A stretch of DNA of 64,000 nt from Patescibacteria group bacterium (GTDB taxonomy: Bacteria > Patescibacteriota > Patescibacteriia > UBA1558 > UBA10009), in the NCBI GenBank assembly GCA_041662565.1, contig JBAZSE010000003.1:108636-172635 (forward strand). The letters are read 5' to 3'. Both the position numbers and the translations under genes were made by a program. Of the stretch, positions 47,995-57,697 are shown piece by piece (position 1 is the first letter of the stretch; each line of letters starts with the position of its first letter). The notes beneath the pieces are model-generated. The model made no database searches. It was not told the origin of the DNA and saw nothing but the letters and a program-made list of their open reading frames with translations.

Positions 47995-50748
47995 CTAAAA
48001 TTTAAATTTAATTCCTAATTCACTAATAGATTTTTCAATCTCTTCAAACATTTGATGCGCTAATTCTACTTTTTGACTAAAAACATTACCAGATTGTTCC
48101 AAATCATCTTGGCCTTTTTTAAATTCTTTACCTAATTCTAAGGCCCGTGCCTGCAAGTAATCCACCAATTCATTCAAATCCTTAAATTTATTAAATAGAT
48201 CCGCGGTTTTCTGTTCTTTAGATAAGCCCTTGGTTTGTTCTAACAGCCAAGAATATTGATCATCCAAAAAATTAAACGGTTTGATTATCGTTTCGTTATA
48301 CCATTTTGTAGGATTAAATTTTTCTTGCTCCAGCCCTTTAGACGTGCTAACAAGAGATTCTTGGTCAGGATTTTCGGTTTGTTGCTTTTTAGCCGCCTCA
48401 ACTAAAAGATCTTTTAAATCGTCTTGTGGGATGGTAGGTTCGCCCTTTCCTTTCGTATTACCAAATTTTTCTTGCAAAGCATCAACATCAACTGAAGTTA
48501 ATGGTGTTTTAGGACCTGTTGATGGTTTAATAATTCTTGGTTCACTGGCTTGTTTCGGATCTTCAGCTTCAACAGACTTGCCATCGGGCTGATGTCTTTG
48601 AATTTCCGGATCTGTTACTGGCACTTGAGCTACTTCTTCCGCTTGGTTATCCAGCATCCTTTCTAGCTCTAAAATTTTATTTTGGGCTGGATGAAACACC
48701 TCCTCTATCATTGAGTCAGTCAAATCATTAAAGATTTTTGAATCAAAAACGCCTTGTTTAAGTTGATCTTGATAATGATCTTCAACATGATTTTTAATTA
48801 CTTGTAAACGTTCTGCTAATCCATCATAAAAACTTTGAATTTCACCTATCTTTTCCGGCGGTAAAGATGAAATTAAAGTTTTAAATTTGACCAATGAATC
48901 AGAGACTATTGGAACTATATTCGTTTTAAAATCTTGAACCATTCCTTCTATATCCTCTTGAACTTCTACTGTTGTTGGTAAAACCTGTTCCACCCCAGGA
49001 ATAGCACTTACTTTTGCATCAGCCACTAATGTTTTCTTTTCAGCTATTGGTTCGCTAACCGTTAAAATTTCGGTCGGTTCTGATAGCGGCTTAACCAACT
49101 CACCCCTTAATTGTTCAGCATGGTCTTTGGTTATTGCATCGCTTTGCAATTCCCTATCGATAGAATCACTAATAAGAGCCGCTGAAACTCTTTTTAATAA
49201 TTTTCGTTTTTCTCCTTCTGATTGTTGACTGATTAATTCATCGTGTAGTAATTCATCCGCCTGCTCTTTAGATATTTTACCTTTTTCAAGGAGTTCATTG
49301 ATTTTATCAGTTACCACCGAAGGTTCAGGTTGGACCAAACTAGCATCATTTGGTTTAATGACTTTTTCTTCAATAACAACCCCCAGCTTTGATGGATCAG
49401 TCACCAATGTTTCATCAATTTGTGAAGCAAGTTGGTCTAATCTGCGGTCAGCATCAGCTTGATCCACCACTTGAGCTGGCTTTAGCGCCGCTTCAGCGGG
49501 TTGAATGTTTGCTTTTGGTCCTATTGCTTGATCTATTTCTTCAAATATTGTCCGAGCCCTTGCGTCATCTTCACTAATATTATTTGGTTCGCTAACCGTT
49601 AAAACTTGGTCTTTATTTTTGTTTTGAGGAATTAATACCGGCTCTAAAACAAGTTCATTAGGTGGTTCTGCTATTGATTCTGGTTGTAAAATTTGACTAT
49701 CAATCTGCACAACCGGCTCAACTGTTTTAAACTTTATAGGCGCTTCAGTTTTTTCCTGTAAATAATTCCGCAAATCCTTTAAGAATGTCTCAAAACCGCT
49801 AAGATATTCTCGATCCAACATCTTTTGATCATACTCCTTCTTGAAAATAGCTGCCGAAAGGTTGTTCTTCATTAAATTAAATTTTTCAATCAGCAATTTT
49901 TCGGTATTATTGTTATCATCATTAATAAGTTGATTAATAAATTCTTGAATTTGGATAATAACTGATTTTAGTTCTGGGCTCTGTTTTGCATCTAAAACTT
50001 CAGGTAAACTTTGTTGCAAATCATCTAGTAAATCCTCAAATCTCGAAATTCTAAATTCAGCTAATGTGTCCGGATCCTCGGTCCAAACTTTTTCAAGTTT
50101 ATTATAACTTTCTTGCAAATACTGAAATTCATGAATCTGTTTTTTCTTGGCAGGATTATCATCATGGACCTGTGGAATCAGTAATTGAATTTGATCAATA
50201 ACTGATTTAAGATGGACGCTTGGTTTTTCAGTTTGAACTTCAGCGCCTTTTTCAACCGGCTTGGATTCTTTAATCTGCTTTAGTATTGCTTTACTCTCTT
50301 CATTATAATATTCTTCAAACTTTTGCATTAAATTACGCAAACAGCCGATAAACGATTGAAAGGTTTCGGGGTTTGAAGGATTTTCTACCAACTCTTTGGC
50401 ACGAATGTATATAGCACCATAATCAATATTAAATTCTGACGAAGGTAAAGCATGACCTATACAATCCTTACCGATTTCAAAATTTTTAAATGCCTCGTTA
50501 ACATCATCGTCATTCTGATTTTTTAAAATCGCGTCAATAATCTCATTAACCTCCTGAGTCATTTCATCATGCCAAAACATTCTTTCTTCAAATTGATAAT
50601 CTTTCCAATCATTTCTTATTTCAAATGATTCTTTTCTATTGAATTCTAATAAGTCGGCAAAATCATTAGGAACAGCCACTTGTTCATTTGTATTGGTTGA
50701 ATTAACCTGATCATTTGGTGGGATTTGATCAATTATTGGTTCGGCCAT
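47995..50748 (-). CDS. 917-aa acidic, helical hypothetical protein
   Basis: Long ORF rich in E/D/K/P, no signal peptide or TM; internal repeats. Confidence 0.85.
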   Translation of the reverse strand: MAEPIIDQIPPNDQVNSTNTNEQVAVPNDFADLLEFNRKESFEIRNDWKDYQFEERMFWHDEMTQEVNEIIDAILKNQNDDDVNEAFKNFEIGKDCIGHALPSSEFNIDYGAIYIRAKELVENPSNPETFQSFIGCLRNLMQKFEEYYNEESKAILKQIKESKPVEKGAEVQTEKPSVHLKSVIDQIQLLIPQVHDDNPAKKKQIHEFQYLQESYNKLEKVWTEDPDTLAEFRISRFEDLLDDLQQSLPEVLDAKQSPELKSVIIQIQEFINQLINDDNNNTEKLLIEKFNLMKNNLSAAIFKKEYDQKMLDREYLSGFETFLKDLRNYLQEKTEAPIKFKTVEPVVQIDSQILQPESIAEPPNELVLEPVLIPQNKNKDQVLTVSEPNNISEDDARARTIFEEIDQAIGPKANIQPAEAALKPAQVVDQADADRRLDQLASQIDETLVTDPSKLGVVIEEKVIKPNDASLVQPEPSVVTDKINELLEKGKISKEQADELLHDELISQQSEGEKRKLLKRVSAALISDSIDRELQSDAITKDHAEQLRGELVKPLSEPTEILTVSEPIAEKKTLVADAKVSAIPGVEQVLPTTVEVQEDIEGMVQDFKTNIVPIVSDSLVKFKTLISSLPPEKIGEIQSFYDGLAERLQVIKNHVEDHYQDQLKQGVFDSKIFNDLTDSMIEEVFHPAQNKILELERMLDNQAEEVAQVPVTDPEIQRHQPDGKSVEAEDPKQASEPRIIKPSTGPKTPLTSVDVDALQEKFGNTKGKGEPTIPQDDLKDLLVEAAKKQQTENPDQESLVSTSKGLEQEKFNPTKWYNETIIKPFNFLDDQYSWLLEQTKGLSKEQKTADLFNKFKDLNELVDYLQARALELGKEFKKGQDDLEQSGNVFSQKVELAHQMFEEIEKSISELGIKFKF

Positions 50749-50880
50749 ATATTTATTTAGCTAATTAACTGCCTTTATTTTACTCCACTTTAAGCAACTT
50801 ATCAAACAAAATTTGATATTTATTTAACAAATAAACGTACCATAATAGTAGAATACTGTCAATATTTGTAAAACCATATC

Positions 50881-50889
50881 TGTGGATAA
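50881..50889 (-). promoter_or_regulatory. Perfect DnaA box
   Basis: TGTGGATAA in the intergenic region upstream of the 917-aa gene. Confidence 0.45.
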
Positions 50890-50890
50890 C

Positions 50891-50915
50891 AAAAAACGGG
50901 GTTAAAGCCCGTTTT
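50891..50915 (-). terminator. Terminator of the dnaK operon
   Basis: AAAAAACGGGGTTAAAGCCCGTTTT. Confidence 0.7.
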
Positions 50916-50923
50916 ATAAATAC

Positions 50924-50954
50924 ATCTGTGAAATCCGTGATAATCCGTGTAATC
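50924..50954. repeat. 9-10-mer tandem repeat (ATCYGTG core)
   Basis: atctgtgaa-atccgtgata-atccgtgta-atc. Confidence 0.55.
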
Positions 50955-50959
50955 TTATT

Positions 50960-52081
50960 TTATAACCCTTCGCGTTGTAGTTTTTCCAAAAGATCCTTTT
51001 GGCTGGAAGATAAATGCTTTGGCACAACCACCTTAACCTTTACATATAAATTACCTGTGCCATGCTTTTGTAAATGAGGCAGGCCTTTACCTTTGATAAT
51101 AAATTCCTGGCCTGGGCTTGTGCCAGCAGGAATTTTTAATTTAACTTCACCATCAAAGGTCTTAACCATAATTTTATCACCCAACACTGCTTGAGAAAAA
51201 CTTATTGATTCATCAAGATGCAAATCATCGCCGTTTCTGCCAAAACGCGCATCAGGCAAAACTTTCACATTTACAAATAAATCACCGGATCTAGTACCTT
51301 TGGGGCCTGCTTGCCCCTGACCTGACATTTTTAAAGTTTGCCCGGTATTAATACCGGCCGGAATATTTATTTTTAGCGAAACGCGTTCTTTAACAACACC
51401 CTGCCCTTGGCAAGTGCTGCACTTTTTTTCGGGAATTTTGCCTTCGCCTTGGCAATTAGGGCAAACCGTAACTGTTCTAAAAGCCCCAAAAAATGTTTGC
51501 TGATTAGCGGTTACCTGGCCCGATCCGTTACAGGTTTTACAAGTATTTACTTTGGCACCTGGCTCTACTCCGGTTGAAGAACAGTGCAAGCAAGGCGCAT
51601 CTTTATTAATATCAAAAAGCTTTTCTACTCCAAAATAGGCGTTTTCTAAAGTAATTGTTACATTAATTTCCAAATCAGCGCCATGAGTCGGCCTGCCGGA
51701 ACTTCTGGAGGAACGCTGATGAGAACCTCCGCCAAAAAAATCTCCGAAAATATCGCCTAAATCTGAAAAATCAAAATTAGCGTTACTGTATTGCTGGCCA
51801 CCGCCCTGGCGCGCAAAATCGGACCAGTTAAAACCACCCTGACCAGCTCCGCCGCCTCCGCCAAAACCAGAAAAATCGCTGGAACCAAACTGGTCATAGC
51901 GTTGTTTTTTTTCGGCATTGCCTAAAACCTGATAGGCCTCATTGATTTCCTTAAACTTGGCTTCGTTACCGCCGCCTTTATCAGGATGATGTTCGTGGGC
52001 CTTTTTACGAAAGGCCTTTTTAATTTCATCCTGGGTAGCGTTTTTATTTACGCCTAAGGTCTGATAATAATCTTTAGACAT
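50960..52081 (-). CDS. dnaJ: Chaperone DnaJ
   Basis: HPD J-domain, G/F region, four CxxCxGxG-type repeats. Confidence 0.97.
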   Translation of the reverse strand: MSKDYYQTLGVNKNATQDEIKKAFRKKAHEHHPDKGGGNEAKFKEINEAYQVLGNAEKKQRYDQFGSSDFSGFGGGGGAGQGGFNWSDFARQGGGQQYSNANFDFSDLGDIFGDFFGGGSHQRSSRSSGRPTHGADLEINVTITLENAYFGVEKLFDINKDAPCLHCSSTGVEPGAKVNTCKTCNGSGQVTANQQTFFGAFRTVTVCPNCQGEGKIPEKKCSTCQGQGVVKERVSLKINIPAGINTGQTLKMSGQGQAGPKGTRSGDLFVNVKVLPDARFGRNGDDLHLDESISFSQAVLGDKIMVKTFDGEVKLKIPAGTSPGQEFIIKGKGLPHLQKHGTGNLYVKVKVVVPKHLSSSQKDLLEKLQREGL

Positions 52082-52124
52082 TTATTATAAGCAACGGATA
52101 AAGATCCGTCTCAATTTTATTAAA

Positions 52125-52206
52125 GCGAGCTAGGGCAAGAAAAATTTACCCGCTTTCACGAGTAACCGAGTGTCCCGCGGGTAAATTTTTGCTTGACCGA
52201 GCTTGC
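52125..52206. repeat. Palindromic element with conserved loop (family shared with 57601 and 24102)
   Basis: GCGAGCTAGGGCAAGAAAAATTTACCCGC-loop-GCGGGTAAATTTTTGCTTGACCGAGCTTGC. Confidence 0.8.
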
Positions 52207-52213
52207 GTCAAAA

Positions 52214-54154
52214 TTATTTCTTAACTTCCTCGTAATCAGCTTCAACCGGACCTTCTTTTTTGGGTTCTTCCGGGCTAGCTTGCTCTGTTGAACCAGCTTC
52301 TGCTTGACCCTCGGTTGCACCGGCTTGACCATTAGCACCGGCTCCGGCTTGTTGATTAGCGGCATACATTGCTTGGCCCATTTTTTGAGCGGATTGATTC
52401 ATATCTTCCAAGGCCTTTTTAATCTCTTCAACATCGGTGCCATCCTTAACTTTCCTTAATGCTTCCATTTTTTCCTCTACTTCTTTCTTAACTTCAGCTG
52501 GAACTTTATCGCCCGATTCTTTTAAGAATTTTTCGGTTTGGAAAATAACCGATTCGGCGTTATTTTTGCTATCCACCATTTCTCTTTTCTTTTTATCTTC
52601 ATCAGCATGCAATTCGGCTTCTTTTTTCATTTTTTCCACCTCATCTTTGGATAAGCCGGAAGAAGCAGTGATAGTAATTGATTGCTCGGTATTGGTGGCT
52701 TTATCCTTGGCTTTAACATTTAATATGCCGTTGGCGTCCAAATCAAAAGTTACTTCCACTTGAGGAATGCCCCGAGGAGCCGGCGGAATGCCTGATAAAA
52801 TAAATCTGCCTAAAGTTTTATTATCTTCGGCCATTTGCCTTTCACCTTGCAACACATGAATTTCTACGCTGGTTTGGCCATCGGAAGCAGTAGAAAAAAT
52901 TTGGCTTTTTCCGGCTGGAATTGTGGTATTTCTTTCAATTAAAGGAGTCATTACTCCACCCATGGTTTCTATGCCTAAAGTTAACGGGGTAACATCCAAC
53001 AGTAACACATCTTTAATATCACCCTGTAATACACCGGCTTGAACAGCAGCGCCTAAAGCCACAACTTCATCCGGGTTAACCGTTACGTTGGGTTTTTTAC
53101 CGAAAAATTCTTCTACCTTTTTTAACACCAAAGGCATTCTGGTCATGCCGCCAACCATAACCACTTCATTAATTTCTTCTTTTTTATAACCGGAATCCTT
53201 AATGGCTTTTTCTACAGCAACAAAGGTTTTATCAACCAAATCCATAACCAATTCTTCCATTTTGGCCCTGGTTAATTTCATCACCAAGTGTTTGGGGCCG
53301 GATGAATCGGTAGTAATAAAGGGCTGGTTGATTTCGGTTTCCGCTGATGTGGAAAGTTCAATCTTGGCTTTTTCGGCCGCTTCTTTAACCCGTTGCATAG
53401 CCATGGGGTCGCCGGCTAAATCCAAACCCTGATCTTTTTTAAATTCGGTAATAATCCAATTGATTAATCTTTGGTCAAAATCATCGCCGCCAAGATGCGT
53501 ATCGCCATTGGTTGATTTAACTTCCACGGTATCGCTAGATACTTCCAAAATAGAAATATCAAAAGTTCCGCCGCCCAAATCATAAACAGCGATTTTTTGG
53601 TCTTTTTTCTTATCAAAACCGTATGCTAAGGCGGCTGCTGTGGGCTCATTAATAATGCGCCTAACCTTAAAACCGGCGATTTCTCCGGCATCTTTGGTTG
53701 CTTGGCGCTGAGAATCGTCAAAATAAGCCGGTACGGTAATTATGGCTTCTTCAATTTTTTCACCCAGCTTTTCTTCGGCATCGGCTTTTAGCTTGGATAA
53801 AATCATAGCCGAAATTTCCTGCGGAGAATAATCCTTATCGCCCATCTTGATTTTAACACCTTCGCCCGATTTAACGATTTTAAAAGGCATGGTTTTTAAA
53901 TCCCTTTGCACTTCTTCATCTTCAAACCTTCGGCCGATAAGACGTTTAATGGAAAACAAAGTATTAGCCGGATTGGTTACAGCTTGCCTTTTGGCAAGCA
54001 TACCCACCAAGCGTTCGCCGGTTTTGGACATGGCAAGCATGGAGGGCGTAGTGCGGTTGCCTTCTTTATTTTCTAAAATCTTGGGCTGTCCGCCTTCCAT
54101 AACCGCCATGGCGGAATTGGTTGTTCCAAGATCAATACCTAATATTTTTGACAT
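52214..54154 (-). CDS. dnaK: Chaperone DnaK (Hsp70)
   Basis: [31 protein letters not shown]. Confidence 0.99.
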   Translation of the reverse strand: MSKILGIDLGTTNSAMAVMEGGQPKILENKEGNRTTPSMLAMSKTGERLVGMLAKRQAVTNPANTLFSIKRLIGRRFEDEEVQRDLKTMPFKIVKSGEGVKIKMGDKDYSPQEISAMILSKLKADAEEKLGEKIEEAIITVPAYFDDSQRQATKDAGEIAGFKVRRIINEPTAAALAYGFDKKKDQKIAVYDLGGGTFDISILEVSSDTVEVKSTNGDTHLGGDDFDQRLINWIITEFKKDQGLDLAGDPMAMQRVKEAAEKAKIELSTSAETEINQPFITTDSSGPKHLVMKLTRAKMEELVMDLVDKTFVAVEKAIKDSGYKKEEINEVVMVGGMTRMPLVLKKVEEFFGKKPNVTVNPDEVVALGAAVQAGVLQGDIKDVLLLDVTPLTLGIETMGGVMTPLIERNTTIPAGKSQIFSTASDGQTSVEIHVLQGERQMAEDNKTLGRFILSGIPPAPRGIPQVEVTFDLDANGILNVKAKDKATNTEQSITITASSGLSKDEVEKMKKEAELHADEDKKKREMVDSKNNAESVIFQTEKFLKESGDKVPAEVKKEVEEKMEALRKVKDGTDVEEIKKALEDMNQSAQKMGQAMYAANQQAGAGANGQAGATEGQAEAGSTEQASPEEPKKEGPVEADYEEVKK

Positions 54155-54192
54155 AATTTTTTTGAATTATTAATTTTTCAATTTTAATTATT

Positions 54193-54534
54193 TTAATTAT
54201 TTCTTATTTTTTCCATAAACATACCCGAATCTTCCAGATTAATCATTTCGTGAAAAGCCAACACCTGATCTCCGGCTACCGGTATGGTGGAACCGTAAGA
54301 TAACACTTCGGTGTTGTTTAAATCCGTTAAAATGGCATTGCCCACCAAACCATGGGGCAAAGTTAACACCCGCACGATAATACTGGAAGCGCAAAACCCG
54401 CAGGACATGTAGGCCAAAAATCCTTGATCCGCTTCGGTTAAAATCTCTATTCGCCCGCCCGAATAATCGTGGTTGCACACCGGGCACTTTTGAATAAGTT
54501 TTAAGCTGAATTGTCCTCGCTGGTCTGGGTTCAT
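54193..54534 (-). CDS. Small Zn-ribbon hypothetical protein
   Basis: CPVC...CGFC; inside the dnaK operon. Confidence 0.8.
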   Translation of the reverse strand: MNPDQRGQFSLKLIQKCPVCNHDYSGGRIEILTEADQGFLAYMSCGFCASSIIVRVLTLPHGLVGNAILTDLNNTEVLSYGSTIPVAGDQVLAFHEMINLEDSGMFMEKIRNN

Positions 54535-54584
54535 AGAGCTTTAGTTGCCAAGGCAAAATAATCTTGCCTTTATCAGCCGCATTA

Positions 54585-55001
54585 TTATTTAATCTCAATT
54601 TTTACATTTTTTGCTTTAAGCTGTTCCTGTTTTGGCACGGTAATCTTTAAAATGCCGTCTTGATATTCGGCTTTAGCCAAATCGCCATTAACCCCCACCG
54701 GTAAAGCCACGCTGCGGTGAAAAGATCCGGAACGGATTTCTTTGCGATAGTAATTTTTGTCGTCAATTTCGCTTTTCTTTTCGGCTTTGCCTTCTATGGT
54801 TAAAACATCGTTTTCAATAACAATATTTACGTCATTGGGCTTAATACCGGCTAAAGGCGCCTCCACAATCACGTTATTGTTATCCTGATAAATATCCAAA
54901 CTCGGTACAAAGGCATTACTTGATAAAGCCGGAACCCCGCTGAACATTTTATCCATGTCCTCAAAGGGTTCCCAAAATGGCGTCCATTTTATAAGAGTCA
55001 T
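54585..55001 (-). CDS. Hsp20/alpha-crystallin small heat-shock protein
   Basis: PSLDIYQ, EIRSGSFHRSVALP, AEYQDGILKITVPK; start MTLIKW preceded by SD GGAGGAG. Confidence 0.93.
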   Translation of the reverse strand: MTLIKWTPFWEPFEDMDKMFSGVPALSSNAFVPSLDIYQDNNNVIVEAPLAGIKPNDVNIVIENDVLTIEGKAEKKSEIDDKNYYRKEIRSGSFHRSVALPVGVNGDLAKAEYQDGILKITVPKQEQLKAKNVKIEIK

Positions 55002-55005
55002 ATAT

Positions 55006-55536
55006 TTACTCCTCCATTTCGGGCTGGCCGTTATTAATCTGGCCGCCCTGGTTAATAATAGTTGATTTATTTTCCGCCACAATTACTTGGGCGGGATAAA
55101 TTACTTTATCTTTTAATTTATAACCGGTTTTGACTTCTTTTATAATTCTATGATCCGGCTCTTCTGATTCTTGGCTGCCTACGGATTCATGATATTCCGG
55201 ATTAAATGTTTCTCCTGTGGTAGCAATTTCTTCAACTTCCAAATTGCGCAAAACATCGCCAAATCCCTTATTAATGTGCATTACTCCCTGCACCCAATCA
55301 AGCTTTTTCATCTCTTCCGGAATATGAGTTAAAGCCATTTTAAAATAATCGTATAACGGTAAAATTTCGATTAAAATCCCAGCTTTGGTAAAATCAGCGG
55401 TTTCTCTAACTTTGCTAGCCAGTTCTTTTTGCAGATTTTCGTAATCTGCCCGTGCCCTTTGCCAACCGGATAGATATTCGGCGCATTTGGCTTGTAACTC
55501 GGCTATTTGATTGTCGTCATTTTCTTGATTAGGCAT
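55006..55536 (-). CDS. grpE: Nucleotide exchange factor GrpE
   Basis: [33 protein letters not shown]. Confidence 0.95.
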   Translation of the reverse strand: MPNQENDDNQIAELQAKCAEYLSGWQRARADYENLQKELASKVRETADFTKAGILIEILPLYDYFKMALTHIPEEMKKLDWVQGVMHINKGFGDVLRNLEVEEIATTGETFNPEYHESVGSQESEEPDHRIIKEVKTGYKLKDKVIYPAQVIVAENKSTIINQGGQINNGQPEMEE

Positions 55537-56215
55537 AATTCCTAATAAAATTCATTAATCCTAAATTTTTTTCATAATCCATTCTCATTGGCCCTAAAAT
55601 ACCCATAATGCCACTTTTGTTTTTAAACTGCCAAGGGGCAAACACCACGCTACAATGGTTGGAAAAAGGATTTTTAGAACCGATTAAAACCCTGGTGCAA
55701 TCGATTGAAGCAAAAATTTCGCCCATTGCCTGATCCAAATGGTCTATCACCAAGCTGATATCGTAAACCAATTCGGGATTTTGAAACTCCGGCTGGGAAA
55801 ATAAATTGGATAAGCCGGTATAATAAAGGTTATTGTCGCTAAAACCGATAACCACGGCATTATTGGAAAATTCGGCAATTTTTTTGGCCAACTGTTTTAA
55901 TTGAATTTCCAAATCATCTTTAAAGGATTTTTTTAACATCTCCTGCAATTCTTTGAATTCACGGCTGGCCAATTTGCCTTCTTTAAGATGAGAGAGAAAA
56001 AAACCATAACCCTTTTCGGTTGGGATTCTGCCGGCTGAAGTATGGGGTTGAGCAATATAACCCTCCATTTCTAATTCAGCCATTTCATTCCTAATGGTGG
56101 CCGAAGAAACGCCCAAACGGGACTTTTCCTCCAAACACCTGGAACCGACCGGGCAGGCGGTTTTAATATATTCTTTTATAATTTGGGCTAAAAGCGCCCT
56201 TTTTCTATCTTCCAT
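55529..56215 (-). CDS. hrcA: Heat-inducible repressor HrcA (short form)
   Basis: [42 protein letters not shown]; start moved to MEDRK downstream of CIRCE. Confidence 0.95.
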   Translation of the reverse strand: MEDRKRALLAQIIKEYIKTACPVGSRCLEEKSRLGVSSATIRNEMAELEMEGYIAQPHTSAGRIPTEKGYGFFLSHLKEGKLASREFKELQEMLKKSFKDDLEIQLKQLAKKIAEFSNNAVVIGFSDNNLYYTGLSNLFSQPEFQNPELVYDISLVIDHLDQAMGEIFASIDCTRVLIGSKNPFSNHCSVVFAPWQFKNKSGIMGILGPMRMDYEKNLGLMNFIRNYA

Positions 56216-56232
56216 AACCAACTGATTAACTT

Positions 56233-56259
56233 TTAGCACTCTCACCCTTAGAGTGCTAA
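56233..56259. promoter_or_regulatory. CIRCE operator (HrcA binding site)
   Basis: Perfect TTAGCACTC-N9-GAGTGCTAA. Confidence 0.97.
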
Positions 56260-56263
56260 AATC

Positions 56264-56291
56264 ATTATAGCAAATAAAAAAATGGCGTCAA
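56264..56291 (-). promoter_or_regulatory. Sigma70 promoter of the hrcA-dnaK operon
   Basis: TTGACG-16nt-TATAAT directly upstream of CIRCE. Confidence 0.8.
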
Positions 56292-56329
56292 GCCCGCTAA
56301 AACCAACACCAAGATGATTCTGGTGATGT

Positions 56330-57565
56330 TTATTCAAATCTTAAGGCCTCAATCGGATCCAACTTAGCCGCTTTGCGGGCAGGATACAAGCCAAACACCA
56401 AACCGATCAAAACCGAAACGCCCACTGCCCAAACCAACGACATGGGCTTAACCACAAAAACCCAATTAAAGCCCTGTGAATTGGCCGCCAAGGAAACAAC
56501 AAAAGATAAACCAATACCGAAAATAATCCCAATGATTCCGCCGGTAAAGGTTAAAAATACCGCTTCCCATAAAAATTGCAGCATGATTTTGTTTTGGCCG
56601 GCACCCACGGCCTTGCGTAGGCCGATTTCACTGGTGCGCTCGGTTACCGAAACAAGCATGATATTCATAATACCCACTCCCCCGACAATTAAAGAAACTG
56701 CCGCGATGGCAATCAGCAAAAGCGAAATCCCACCCAAAATTTTATTTAAATTATCAATGGCATCAACCATTGTGGTTACGGCAAAATCTTCTTTATCAAC
56801 ATCGGTAATATTATGACGATCTCGCATTAGCAAATTAATGTCATCAGCCGTAGCGGCGGTTAAAGCGGGATTTTTTAATTTAGCCACGATAAAAGAAACA
56901 TGATCTATGCCCATGATTAATTTTTGCAAAGAATTGAGGGGCAGATAAATAAACTCATCCATGTTCATGTACATAATGGCGCCCTTAGAAGCCATAACGC
57001 CCACCACTTTAAAATTGTGTTTGCCGATTTTAATGCTTTTGCCCAGCGGATCGCTATCGCCAAAAAATTTGGTTTTGGCTTCTGATCCCAAAACCGCCAC
57101 TCTGGCTAAACTTTTATCTTCTTCATTGGTAAAAAACCGCCCCACAGCCACTTTGCCGGAATCAATATTTAAAAAGCTGGCCGTTGTACCCCATAACTGG
57201 ATAACATCGGAATCCTGATCAGTAACGGCTACGGCTTGACCCATAACCGTTGAATAAACATCTTTAATGTTTGGCGCCTTGGCCACAGCTTCGGCATCTT
57301 GGTTTTTTAAGGTGGTAATACTGGCCTGGCCCATAGCATTAGCCGAAGAGGCCTGGGCGGCCGAGGGCACTTTGGCTTCCACTTCAATAAAATCCGAACC
57401 CCAGCTTTCCACTTGCGACATAATTAAGCCCCTTAATCCTTCGCCAGCCGAAAAAACAATAATTACCGCCATAATACCAATAACAATACCAGCAATTGTT
57501 AAAAAACTTCGCAAGCGATTGCGCCACAAGGAAGATAAGGAAATTTTTATTATACTGAAATCCAT
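56330..57565 (-). CDS. MacB/FtsX-family ABC permease
   Basis: RSFLTIAGIVIG, GGVGIMNIMLVSVTERTSEIGLRKAVGA, LDPIEALRFE. Confidence 0.95.
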   Translation of the reverse strand: MDFSIIKISLSSLWRNRLRSFLTIAGIVIGIMAVIIVFSAGEGLRGLIMSQVESWGSDFIEVEAKVPSAAQASSANAMGQASITTLKNQDAEAVAKAPNIKDVYSTVMGQAVAVTDQDSDVIQLWGTTASFLNIDSGKVAVGRFFTNEEDKSLARVAVLGSEAKTKFFGDSDPLGKSIKIGKHNFKVVGVMASKGAIMYMNMDEFIYLPLNSLQKLIMGIDHVSFIVAKLKNPALTAATADDINLLMRDRHNITDVDKEDFAVTTMVDAIDNLNKILGGISLLLIAIAAVSLIVGGVGIMNIMLVSVTERTSEIGLRKAVGAGQNKIMLQFLWEAVFLTFTGGIIGIIFGIGLSFVVSLAANSQGFNWVFVVKPMSLVWAVGVSVLIGLVFGLYPARKAAKLDPIEALRFE

Positions 57566-57600
57566 ATAGATTTATCTTCAGAAAATGACTAAACAGTGTA

Positions 57601-57675
57601 GGCGAGCCAGATAAAAATTTATTAGCGGGACGCTCGAGTACTCACGAAAGCTAATAAATTTTCATCTGGCTCGCC
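57601..57675. repeat. Palindromic element with conserved loop (family shared with 52125, opposite orientation)
   Basis: GGCGAGCCAGATAAAAATTTATTAGC-loop-GCTAATAAATTTTCATCTGGCTCGCC. Confidence 0.8.
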
Positions 57676-57697
57676 AAACTTATTTGATATTTAAAAA

